DNA of 59,246 nucleotides, counting the filler, from Sphacelaria rigidula (Eukaryota): the NCBI GenBank assembly GCA_964200075.2. It is 10 parts of 10 records of this genome, joined end to end, with 100 filler letters (N's around TTAATTAATTAA, not from the genome) between each part and the next. Parts side by side here need not be neighbours in the genome. Positions count along the whole stretch, not along the records: positions 35,611 to 41,444 come from CAXNAA020024094.1; positions 41,545 to 47,378 come from CAXNAA020024095.1; positions 47,479 to 53,312 come from CAXNAA020024096.1; 7 more parts are not named here. The stretch is one strand, 5' to 3'. Positions 36,276-47,686 of the stretch are shown piece after piece (positions within the stretch are counted from its first letter, which is position 1; every line of letters begins with the position of its first letter). A model generated the notes under the pieces. It was not told the origin of the DNA. It ran no database searches and saw only the letters and a program-made list of their open reading frames with translations. Made by a program: the position numbers and the translations under genes.

Positions 36276-39200
36276 CAACTTCATCACACATGATCAACCT
36301 CACGGATAAAGAGGCTAAGATGCTCGACAAATGTGCCAAAGATGTTGGACTCCAAGTGTCCCAAGTCGAGGCTATTGCTCCTCGACAGGGTTGGTCCGCA
36401 TCTTTTCGAACGTGAGCTCTTACGCAATATTATCTATTGGCCGTATCGATATAAGCGTTGTCATTAGTACCAAGAGCTGCGTAGATATGTCCCAAGGTTC
36501 TGTACGGTAGGAAAGGGTTAATCATACGCCCGTGGGAATTTTTCCGCGCCGGCATCGTATCCGACAGTTCTGTGAGGTCAAGGTCGTACTGCACGGCTAC
36601 GTAGTGGCGGTGTTGATGTATCCGATTCTTTAGATGCAAGCAGCCACCGTGCCTGTTGATATAACTGGAGCCTGCTTGAACCGGCTCGCGAAACTCTTAT
36701 CTTTGGCAGGTTCATGTGGAAGGTAATGTGCAAGGAAAAGCCGTACAAGTTCGAGGTCGACCGCGTCACGCTGGAAAAGGCAGTCGACCAATACACGGAG
36801 AAGGTTCCCGCGGGGATGAAGGCATCGGAAGACTACATGACCACAATAAGCAGTCAACCACCCCGGATGTTTTCAACGGTACGTCGATCATAGAATAAAA
36901 GGAAGTAACCGCAGACGAAAGTATATTTGCAGTGATTTTGTGCAAGGCTCAAAGAAGGCCGTCCGTAATGCCAGTTATAGCAAAGAAGGCGGTTGGGCTC
37001 ACAATTGAAACGCGCACGGTAGAAACAAGGAGGAGGAGGGATTTGTTGGTGCGCCTGCTGACGCCCTCAGAACATAAAGGTCAATGACAAACCGTTAAAT
37101 TTCCCCTCGCACAACAGGCGATGGAGATGGATGACAGCATGAAACCAGCTATGCAGATCTACGGAAAGAAGATCCAAGAGGCGGGAGAACGAGTAGACAA
37201 TGCGATTTCCTTGTACCTCGAGGAGTCGACGAAGCGAGGAAAGAACTAAGGCTCTAGAATCCGCGAAGCTAGCAGCAGAACCGGTCGACAAGACGGCAGC
37301 TCCCCAAAAACAGGCGAGTGACGACGCGGCGAAGGCAACGCCGGCGGCATCGACTACAGCCCAATCGGCCGATACGAGAACTCAATCGACCGCTACGACC
37401 GAGACGCCAACCAACACAAATACAGCATCGACGTCGCCACCCGCCAGCACCGACTCATCCGCGAAATCAACCCCTGCGCCAAGCGCTTCAGAAACGACGA
37501 CCGTTTCCAGTACATCCAAAGGTGAAGGTGAGATATCTTTTGGCGAGTCATGCTACGATAGAGGGGGGGAATTTTGGGCCATTTATTCCGAGAAGTTCCA
37601 TTTAAAATCGACGTTTAGAGCAGCAACGGTCGTTCAAACGCGCGTGCTTCCGATTAATAACGCTCACTCATACTGCTTGACACTGCTCTGGACCAAATTA
37701 AAGCGCAGGCCAGTGTCTTCCGTCATCTGACGCAACTATGAGCCCATTTTTTCGTGGAACCAAACACCCCTTAACATCGTAGCACGCGTCTCGCGAGCGT
37801 CTAGGTTTCGAATGTTTGAACTCGATGCTGGAGGGAAGTGTTGCTTCATCGGAAGTGTTACGTTTCTTCCCTGAATAGTACTGTACATGCTGGACGGGAG
37901 TGTTGTTTCATCTGAAGTCTTACGTTTCTTCCCTGAACAGTACTGTACATTCGATCGAACAAGCGTAGCACTGCACAAACATAAAAGTTGGTCCTGGTTA
38001 CTAACGCGAACGGGATGTTGTGCCCACTGCATCTCTACGATGATGGTGACAGGCAAGAGCAAAGGCGGGTCGGCCAAGGCGAGCGCACCGCGGAGGTCGA
38101 AGAGGAAGAGGGAGTCCGCCGCCCCCGTCAGTATCGCTGCAAAGAAGCACAGCGATCGGCTGGCGACGTTGAGGTGAGGAACGCCGCTCGCTGCAGGATT
38201 GACGGTGCATTAAGTGTACAAACGGTGAGGGGTGTTAATGACTACTGTCGGACGATGTCAGCACACCAAATCTGTACGGTAATCACATATCATATACAAT
38301 ACAGTAGTGATAAGAGAGTGCAGTACGTGAGAGATACCCCGTTGCACCCCTTGACCATGTTCTTCCGCAGATCAATGTTTTTCTGTGCACCCGACCGGGC
38401 TGAGGGTCCCTCAACAATGTACGAGTTTTCGGGGATGACTAGCCCCCAGGCTCTGCACATCTTTTGATTGTGCCCCTATTCCTCCCGTCCTGTGCACTCG
38501 ACCTTTCATTGACCAGGACTGCTGTGACGAAGTCCTTTGTGCAGGACTTGGTGAATCCGGGCGCGGAGAAACAGCGCAAAATGTCATGCGCTAACGAGGC
38601 GATGCTTTGCTTTAGGAACGCGGCATCAGACAGTGGCATTTTGAAGGACGATCCCACATCAGCAGGAAAACTGAGGGCGGTCATCAGCGACCTGGCGGCT
38701 AATATTCACTGCTCAGGCACCCTCATTATTGCGATGGAGAAAATCTGGACGATCAACGCCCCGCACATCAGTGGTGGGTTGTAGCGATGTTCTGTCGGTG
38801 TTCCCGAGCCAGCACTTGAAATCGTGTGCGGTGAATTAGGCACACCGGCACTGTTGTCGGTACTGCCGATGTGATTCGAATGCATTTACCTCAGACACTC
38901 ACAGACCCAGCGCTGCCGAAGGGGACAGAAACCATGATTGGAGACCGTTAGTCGCCGTGCAGATCCTGCATTTCAAGCAGTGACGCACTTGGGATAAATC
39001 ACACGATCGCGTCTACTCAGGACGAATATAGGCCGACGTCCATGGGTTCACTTGAAAAAAAACTCAATAGTGTTTGCGTCGGTTGTGGTATTATCACACA
39101 TAAATGCACCACATCGTTGGCGTCCATACTATGTGACACGCGCCTGTGTGCTGTTTTCCTGGTGGAACTGCGCAGATGTACTGGCCCTGGAGGGACTAAC

Positions 39201-41166
39201 CCTCGAAGATAAGCCGATCTTCACTGTATATCTCAACGGACAGACTGACCGTATTCCCGACGGCAAGAAGCAGGGCCTCTCTTCATACGGCGCAGAGGCG
39301 CTCATTGCCCACAAGTCGCCGACTTACGTATGTCGACCGACGGGGGCCCGACGGGGGGGCTCCCGCGCAGCCCCGCCAACTGAATGGGCGGGGTTTCTGG
39401 AGGTTATGGAGGCCGCGAACGTCATCGTTTCACAGAAGCAACCTGACAGCGGCACATTCCTGGTGGCCCCGACGGCGGAATTTTTCATTAAACGGTGAGA
39501 ATACACGTCACGAATGAAGCGACATCGGACCGGGACGGTCCCGCCACCGCCAAATGTACTCGTTGTGTACAACAGTCGCGGAAACTGACGACAAACGGGT
39601 GGAGATATGTACATGTAATGATGGCGGGACAGCAGTAGACCCAAGAAGTCCGTATCAATGGAAATTCCGACTCCGACGTGATGAACTCGATATTTACTAC
39701 CCTTTCCAGCCGTTTTTTCGACTAACACCGCCGATGACGTCCATCTTGCCGGCATCACAGGTCCTCCAGAACAGGAGATGCTGTCTTGGTGACGGGCGCA
39801 GACCGACAAAGCTTGGCTGATGTGGTCCTGGGTGCAGGGCAAACCATCATCACCGTCGTCTCCGACGACACCGAGGAGGCTGAGGTTTCTAGAGTGCTGG
39901 ACGCAGCATGCGAGCAAGCACTTCAGGGTGGACAGTTCGCCCAACTAACTCAACCGCCGAAACAGGTTGGACCAAGTCGTCTGCCAAAGTGCGTCCCAAC
40001 CTCGAACTACTCAAAGTCTATTCTGGCTCAAGAGCAAACCATCGACGTCAACATGGTCGACGACGGTGACAACGACGACGACGACGACGGTGATGGGGTG
40101 ACGAAGAAAAACCAGGATTTGGCGCTCGAGGTGGCCAGAGACCATGCTCGGTTGTACGGTTTGGAAATTAAGGTGACCTCTAAAGGCTGTCGGGTTGCGA
40201 CTCATTGTTTTAATATTGCTCGTGCATATGCAAATACAAACGTAGGGGGACTATCGTAGGAAGTGTCGGAGCAACGCTGGCGACAACTCGGAAAACCGAG
40301 CATAGCTGCCCCCCTCGAGAGCTCTATAATAAATATTAGTGCAAATGAATCGTGAACACAACTGTTCCGCTGCTGCGGATGATACTGTCAGCACAGTCCA
40401 CATCCGTCCCACGAAATAGAACAAACATCGTGATTTTTTTCGATCGACTCGACGACCGGCCCGCAACTGTTCCGATTCCATCCTCACGTATCCATCCCCG
40501 AACTCTCTCGCACCCCCTCTCCGTGCTCGCACGTTTGGTCAGGAATCGAGCAGGGGAGGCCTGGGACTGTTTGCGGTGGAGGCGATGAAGCCCGAAGACT
40601 CACCGCCTATGGCGTTGATGGGTTCCTTTGTGGTGTGCGATTTACTTCAGCTAGGGCAGGCGATGGAAATAGATGGTGTGCCTAGATACGAAATCTGTAA
40701 AGCGCCTCAGTTTTCGAAGTTGTTGCAGCCATGGGAGGTGTCGAACGAGGGTTCGACGTTGTACCTGAAACTCGAGCGTAGGACCTTCCTGTATTACATG
40801 AACTCGTCCGAACCTGTCGAGGACACCAATGTTGTACCCAGCAGTGTCTTCGCCAAGGAGCACGACACCCCCGTAGTTGATCTTCAAGAGACGAAGTCAA
40901 TACTGCGAAACAGCATTGAAGGCATAGTGTTCAACGTCACACGCCCTATTGGTATGGGAGAGGAGTTGCTGTGCCGACATCCAATTTTCAAGGGGAAGGC
41001 GGATGTGCAAGGTGTTGGTTCCCAGGGCGGTTCGCCCAATAGACACGTAGTAGACGATACGGTTGATGGCGAGACGAAACGGGGTGGCGAAGAAGAGTCT
41101 AACGGCGACGGCGGTAGTTCGGACGGCGGTGCTGATGATGATCAGAACCTTGATTATGTCCCATAA
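36276..41166 (+). CDS. Multi-exon gene (5' part lesioned): helical and Ser/Thr/Ala-rich region, beta-class amino-methyltransferase-like domain, SET domain
   Basis: Phase-compatible GT-AG exons: 36276-36411, 36710-36878, 37118-37527 (one frameshift near 37235), 38053-38173, 38371-38418, 38517-38773, 39176-39494, 39761-40172, 40543-41166 (TAA). CTAAC branch sites lie before 38053 and 39761. The spliced frame is open from 37200 to the stop. Further decayed exons are likely at about 35611-36066. Confidence 0.75.
37545..37792. mobile_element. Sola2-like MITE, same family as 25029-25278 in opposite orientation, intronic
   Basis: Starts GAGTCATGCTACGATAGAGGGGGGG; the body aligns to the reverse complement of 25029-25278; right end degenerate. 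Another terminus of the family is at about 11915-11947. Confidence 0.85.
38517..39900 (+). other. Beta-class DNA N6A/N4C methyltransferase-like fold, catalytically degenerate (domain within the gene above)
   Basis: Motif order IV-VI-VII-VIII-X-I-II: EAMLCFRNAAS (DPPY position), LRAVISDLAANIHCSGTLII, DVLALEGLTLEDKPIFTVY, GLSSYGAEALIAHK, AEFFIKRSSRTGDAVLVTGADRQSLADVVLGAGQTIITV. Matched by eye against the beta-class consensus. Confidence 0.62.
40155..40985 (+). other. Divergent SET domain (domain within the gene above)
   Basis: Spliced GLEIK|ESSRGGLGLFAVEAMK (GxGLFA motif), LYYMNSSEP (cf. RFINHSCxPN) and IVFNVTRPIGMGEELLCRH (cf. RDIxxGEELxxDY). Confidence 0.85.
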
Positions 41167-41559
41167 CGAACGGGATAACCGTCCCTGTGCGACGAGGCAT
41201 TCGATTTAGTCTTTTTGGTAACGTAGACATCATTCGCGATCCTCTGGTGATGTTCGTGTGTTGGGATCACTTGTGGACTGTCTTCGAGTAGTGATTGCCT
41301 GCCGCCATTCCAGTCTTCGTGGTTGTTTAGGCGTCGATTAAAGAAACAGGGTAGAAGACGACGGCGACAATAATGCAGAAAATCGATTTGACCGCTTGAT
41401 TCTGTCGTAGCGGGTGTTTCCCGCCATTGGGGGGGGAGGGAGGGNNNNNNNNNNNNNNNNNNNNNNNNNNNNNNNNNNNNNNNNNNNNTTAATTAATTAA
41501 NNNNNNNNNNNNNNNNNNNNNNNNNNNNNNNNNNNNNNNNNNNNGTGGAGAGGGACTAT

Positions 41560-41772
41560 GTCGAGGGTACACAAAGTTCGACTTAACGGTCGACGAGGGA
41601 AAGGGACTGCTGAACCCCTCTCGCGATAAAAAAAGAAGACAAGCACCGCAGCAGGAAGGACGGGTACTAAAAGCAAATGAAATAATAAAAAGCTCCTGTG
41701 TTGGCCGCCCTTCTGTGTTACCACGGCTGGTGCGCCCACATATACCGAAAGGTCCAGAATAGATGGGATGAC

Positions 41773-41811
<39 letters not shown>
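41560..41811. repeat. Dispersed repeat ending in a (CA)n microsatellite
   Basis: GACTTAACGGTCGACGAGGGAAAGGGAC is shared with 4149-4185; (CA)n at about 41775-41811. Confidence 0.6.
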
Positions 41812-41813
<2 letters not shown>

Positions 41814-41829
41814 GGAGCATCACTCTACG

Positions 41830-42410
41830 GTACGTCAAGTCGGGGGAAAGGTGAGGCCAAACCCGGCCAGTAAAAAGAGAGTGGGGCATAAGTCGGTGTG
41901 GTGCAAGTAAACACGGTCGGATGAAAAATGGGCCATCGGCTTGAAGCCATTTTCGACAAAAACGAGGACAGCGAGAAGGATTGACATCACCTATTCACGC
42001 GGGTGACATGAGGTGTGAGCAATGGATTGCCGGCTCCTCGGCTTTCAACTTTTCGAAAAGAATCGAATTTTGGGTAAATAACATGGAAATGCCGCACAGC
42101 AAAGTCAGACGTTCGGGTGCGGAGGGATGGAGATGCTTCATCAGCAAGCCATCCCGGGAAGGGAATAGGAAATGTGAACACGGGCATAGACCCATCTCAA
42201 CACAGACTCCGGGTGGCCGACGCGCGATGGAGTAAATTCAGCCCGCCGCGATCAACCTTTCCGCGGGAAATCAAGTATGTGAAACCCTGCCAGCTATCGC
42301 ACAGTATGCACGATGAAAAAATTCGATCGAGCTGTTGAGTTGTTCCGAAATTAGGGGATAGCTCCCAAAGACCCTGAACATGAAGTACCCTTACCGACGT
42401 TTTTTTCGAT
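41830..42410 (-). mobile_element. Possible decayed LINE ORF2 C-terminal fragment
   Basis: Minus-strand remnants QQLDRIF.. and KVDRGGLNL resemble the post-thumb LD...GGLGL segment; several frameshifts. Confidence 0.3.
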
Positions 42411-42548
42411 ATGGGGGGGGCGGGGGATCACGGGTGGTACGACAGCCGCATGCTGGGCGCTCGTGAACATCAGGTGAGGGGTGGACCAAACACTTTGGGC
42501 ACAAAAAAAAAGCGACATTCGACTGCTTTTTCAAAAAGAATACCGTAC

Positions 42549-43592
42549 CGTGAACTCAGAAGGGCCGACGCCTTTGGCCGCCGCCGGCACGCTGTGGTCG
42601 ACCTTCCCCTTCAAATCCGCTTGCATGATTCGCCAGTTGTACGTGGCCGGACGGCTGCTTTGTGCGCTGGTCCGGTCCACAGCTGTCAGGACCGTTTCTC
42701 GGAAGGGTTCCACGACCATCTCGAAGCCATACATGTTCAAGGCCGCTCGGTCGTATTCTCCGTATTCATTGGTTGCTCGTACCATCAGCGCTGGTGTCGC
42801 CGAGGTTTGGACGTAAGGGGACCCTGAGTTTTCCTGGGGGGAGGAGTGGAGGCAGGCGAAGGGAAATTTGCACGGTAGGGGGTGCTCTTTTGATTTGGTC
42901 GATGAGACATATCATATCGACGCAGGGACAGGTGGTTCAAACACGAAGCTCATTACTTTTCGAGATTATTAATGCTGGGTGAGCGATGACGTGCCGAAAA
43001 ACACTCCTGGTGAAATAGGAGGAGAAAGAAACGTCCATTTTTTACATGCTTTACAAGGTAGGGATGTGCCAAGCCTGCCCTCAACGCGGGGACAAGTATT
43101 GTAACTCAAGCATAAACTTTGTAAACACGATACGGAATGCTATTGCGGTGACGGTCGTGGTCAAATAACCTGCAATTCGTGGATGACGGGCAATACATCA
43201 TCAATTTTACACCCCTCGGGCATCAAATACCACAGATACGACCCTGGGGCCGCCTCGGTTGAATATTATTACACAACTCAGGGGTTCGGGAGCGCAGAAT
43301 ACATGATGTCATGATCATCAGAGGCGCTGATCACGGACAAGCAGGGGCTGGTCAGCCGTATCTTCGGGGTTCACGGCGATGAAAGTCAGCTGGTGATATC
43401 ATTCCGAAAGGAGCTTTGGCATGTAAGGGGTTAGAGAGGCGGGGAACCTCGCGTGATGTTGACATGCCTACGTACCCGGGTACACGACGTAGCTACAAAG
43501 ACGAGCAGCACACCCAAACATGTCGTCCCTAGTATTGGGCGGAGCAAATATTGAAACCTTCGATATCTCGCTTGACTCGACGACGAAACACC
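42549..43592 (-). CDS. Two exons of a membrane-anchored protein with an NEYG...VEPFRET domain like the N-terminal region of stramenopile tyrosinase-like proteins
   Basis: Phase-0 exons 43592-43476 (39 aa, hydrophobic ILGTTCLGVLLVFVA) and 42833-42549 (95 aa, VRATNEYGEY...VVEPFRETVL...YNWRI) with AG/GT boundaries. No copper-binding domain on this contig, so the family call is tentative. Confidence 0.55.
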
Positions 43593-46200
43593 CTCGGGAA
43601 AACGGGGCAGTTGCAAATACAATCTGAGGCGTGTCCAAGATGTCAGAACATCCGTGCACTCTTGGGGTACCACAACTCACAGCAACAAGCGACAGTAACC
43701 CTACAGCGTATAAGGACATAATATTCTTCTTGTGCGGGTACCACCCCTAGACGGTAGGCACGACACCCTCGTGGGTCACGGACGGTGAGACATGGGGACG
43801 AGACTGTGTTTGTTGCGCTGAGTGTCATATTCCAGTGTCTGTGAAGCTAGACGAGACCTGCGGTAACGAGGAGGAGAAAAGACGAGAAGATTGACGACGG
43901 TGATGGACGAGGCATTGACTTCGTCAACCCACAAAGTATGACAACCCTCCGGTGACGGGAATGGACGATGACCCAAGGTAACAGTACATCCCCCCCCACG
44001 AGGACGCGGAGTACGCTGAGTACGCCCCCCCCCCCCACGAGGAACACTATCGCGACTTTTGTTGTTGAGCTTCTATCTTTCGGCGAAACCGGTAGGGTGT
44101 AAGTGGTGGCCGTTACTGTTCTCTAAGAATCATGCCGACCCTATTCGGTAAGGACGCCTTTTCGTTCTCGTTTCAAGAGCCAAGATGACGTAAAATGTGC
44201 GCAGCAAGCGAGGCTCAACTGATCCGCCCTGGTGGTCGGACTCAAACTTGGAACACTGTGACCACCAAGGTAGATCATCTGTTGAACAGAATACTCAGTA
44301 GACCTCCGCTAGGCGTCAAAGGCTTTAAATAACCCACGGCCGGCTTGGGATAGGAGACCGTGACTGCAAAGTACGCAAAAATCCGCAAACAGGTGCATGC
44401 GGGTCGGTAGATTCAAACGGACTGCTTCGCGGTCAAAGTCTTGAAATAAAAATGCTTCGGCAAGCCACCCACAGTGCTTCGCAACGCGGCACAAGACATG
44501 TGGCCCCACAGTCACAGAGGTTCGAGTCGAGCACGTGCAGCATTTTCTAGCGAACCAAGGGGAGCAGGGGGCCCAATTGTTCCCTGAAGCCGTGCATAAC
44601 GACACAAAAGTAATCCATCCGTTCCAGAACATGTTCTACAACTACACACTTCTGTACCGGTCATAGATTTTATATTTTGCTTCTGTTCCGTCGTGCGTGT
44701 GCAAAACGTGCAAAGTTCAAGTACACGGTCACTCTTGGCTTCTTTCTCGTTACTGTTCACCCCTCCGTCGCGCCTCGTCGTGAAGGTTGCCTTGTGTTGG
44801 TGTAGCTACTTTGGGGGGTTCGGAACAGTTGTTCTCGTCTAAGACATGACGGCGACGTAGAAAGCATATACGCCAAGTACAGAGTTCCCTCGCCTTTTTT
44901 GTCGTAACTCACAATCCCATATGTTGTAGTGGCGTCATGGCAATAAGCCTGAGTGAACCATCCATAGCGTAGCTGAAATCAGTACGGGTGATGATTATAT
45001 GTCCTCGGTCCATTTAATCATTTACTCCTGGAGATTATTAGGGAAGCACTTGATGAACTGCGTCACAAAGCCCATCGATACTGATCTATGGACTATTGTA
45101 CTGCTGGCTATGTCCCCGGAGTGTATTCCGCCGAAGGGCTAAGACGCATTATTACAGTCAGTCAAATGTAGTGTCAATGGTGGCCCCCGGTACATACTCA
45201 TGAAAAGGGTATACAGGGCGATTGAGAATCTGAGGGAGAAGAACGAGAGTGCTTGGCTGCCCGACGGACAGTACCCTCGGATGACATCTCTCAAAGTGGA
45301 AATATTCGTCTTCACCTAACCGTAGGCTGAATGCGACTTCTTACCGCATGTGTCCGGCATTAATTCCCTCAAGACGCGGGAGTTTGGTCTGAAGGCCCTG
45401 CGAACGCCGAATCCGTTTACAAGACCATCAGTGGTGGTCAAAGACGGTAGTTACCCTGAGGGTGGATGTCGACGACGGCGCAAAGCTACTGGCCACATTT
45501 CTTTCCTCGAGAACGAAACGATTTTGGGTAAGTCGCTGCGGACCCCGGACTCTCGTAGATCAAGTCCTGGCAGGATTTTGAGTCGTACATTAACAAGATC
45601 CGCTCGTAGATCACCACAGTACATGCGCACATGCCTTCCCGCTGCTGCCCCGGCGTGGACGTCTGCAGGAAGCACGTGGGTAAGTCTGACAGCGTTTTCG
45701 AATAAAAGTAAGGAGCTTTAGGGACCGGATGCCCACGGTGGACTTCAACGGGAGCGGTGAGGCGTTGAACCGTAAAGGAAGAGTCGTCACAAGGGTGGCG
45801 GAAAATCGGCGAGCGGAGGGGTGGTAGAACTCGCACGCGATAACATTGTCGTTCACGTATCAAGCCACACATATGTTGACATGTACGGGAAAAAACAGCA
45901 AGCGAACCTTGAGGTGCTCATGTAAGCCGGCAAAGGCGGCGCGAACGTGCCACAGATGCCGACGGTGCAGGAGTTCGGGGACACTGCGCGCTGAAGTGAG
46001 GTCGCCAGGGTCACCGCTTCCTCCCCGCACCCTTCGCGAGCGACCGACGTGACTCCCACCGCTGATACAGCGAAACTAGCGGTACCTGAGGGCAATCCCA
46101 GCGTATTAGGGGCGGATCCACACTGAACAAGGACGGGGTCCGCCCACGGCGCACCGTCGGAGGTTCGAGGCGAACGGAGCGAGCAACGCGTCGGAGGCAG

Positions 46201-46211
46201 CTATTTATATA
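46201..46211 (-). promoter_or_regulatory. Candidate TATA box
   Basis: TATATAAATAG on the minus strand within GC-rich sequence, with GGGGCGG just beyond it. Confidence 0.35.
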
Positions 46212-47686
46212 CCTCGTGGTGGCGAGCCGCGCAGGCGCAAGGGCGGGGGGCGGCGGCTTTGGTGGTAGGGGGATCGGATTCGCGCACAGATCCGATCGGT
46301 CACACTTGTTGGGGCGATGGACCAGACCGACGCATCAGCTGCGGGTCGAAGTTCTCAGCCGAGATCTGGATTGGAGGTTCAGATTCCGAATGTAGCGGGT
46401 CTGAGAGAGAAGACTTGGCACCGAAATGGGGCAACGACCATAATTACTGGTTCCGCAGTTTGGTTGAACCTGTTGGAAACTTTCGGGGCGTTATTTTTTG
46501 TGATTAGGTTGCAAGCATAGATCTGTACCATTTGTTCAAGGGTGTCCCGCGCAGCAGCTTGAATATCGCCCATGCTTCGTGTGCATAATGATAGTAGTGC
46601 GTGCATGGTGTGCTGCGTTTGTAGGTGGCCTGGCGACGCCCTTGGGCGTATCGCCGGTTGTCTGTGAGGCTGACTGCTAATCTGAACCGAACGAGTTTTC
46701 TGACCCAAAAACAGATATCTCAACCGAGCGATAGCAGTATCCAAGGGCACTGTTTCAAGACTACGCAACCCACCATCAACTCAGACGTGTCGACTCTGTT
46801 GCGCTGATTGGTTTGTATCGCGTTTTGACAGCGAGCGAATTGCGGGGATTCATCATTGGTCTGACCAACCTGCTAAATGCTGGAAAACCAACGGAGTACG
46901 TTGTTCATCGCATCACATGCTTCACACTGAGCCATCCTTCACCCAGCCGGACGGTCGATGTGATCACACATGGGGTTCTATTTTCAGTCATTTTTTAAAG
47001 GGCAATATACAAAAAAGGGTACACCCTGGCGCTTTTGGAATAAAAAAGGGTAACGCTTTTTTCACTTTGGGGCGCGGCGCTGCACGCTGACTGAACGCCT
47101 CGAAAACACGTTCCAGCACCTCAGCCCCACGCCCAAGGTGTCTGGGCAACATACCCGTGCATATATATCTATTTTCACGAGTGTTACTGGGCTGAACTAC
47201 GGCGCCGAAAAAGAGAGCCTGTGAGAGTATCCTTTTTTGTAAGCAAACCAGGAGGGTACACCCTGCCCTCTGGTAAAAAGTTATATCTACCTTTTTTTGC
47301 TTTCCTGGTGACCCTCTTTTGTAAAGTGGTGACCCTTTTTTGTGAAGTGGTGAGCGTACCGCCGTCTCAGCACAGGTTNNNNNNNNNNNNNNNNNNNNNN
47401 NNNNNNNNNNNNNNNNNNNNNNTTAATTAATTAANNNNNNNNNNNNNNNNNNNNNNNNNNNNNNNNNNNNNNNNNNNNCGACGGCCGGGCGGGGATGGGC
47501 GAGACGGCTTCCACCGCAGGTTCTTGGGGCCCCCCCCCCCCCCCCGCGCGCTAAAACATCTTTGAAAAGGTACCGCACTATAGCGGAATTTTTCGCTGTA
47601 TGCTTGTGGGACGTAGTAAATCGACGCCACCGAGTCGACCGTACCCTCCCTGCGGCACCCTGGTCTCAATAATGAACGAAGCACAC

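Noticed and set aside
38464..38516. LPSCALDLSLT resembling the LPDxSxDLxxT-DPPY lead-in
   Set aside because: It lies in the polypyrimidine tract of intron 38419-38516; splicing it out removes an apparent frameshift.
38895..39045. Candidate extra exon of the MTase-SET gene (DTHRPS...HDWRPLVAVQILHFKQ*)
   Set aside because: It has an in-frame TGA and a weak donor. Skipping it joins 38773 to 39176 in phase and gives a better motif VI-VII spacing.
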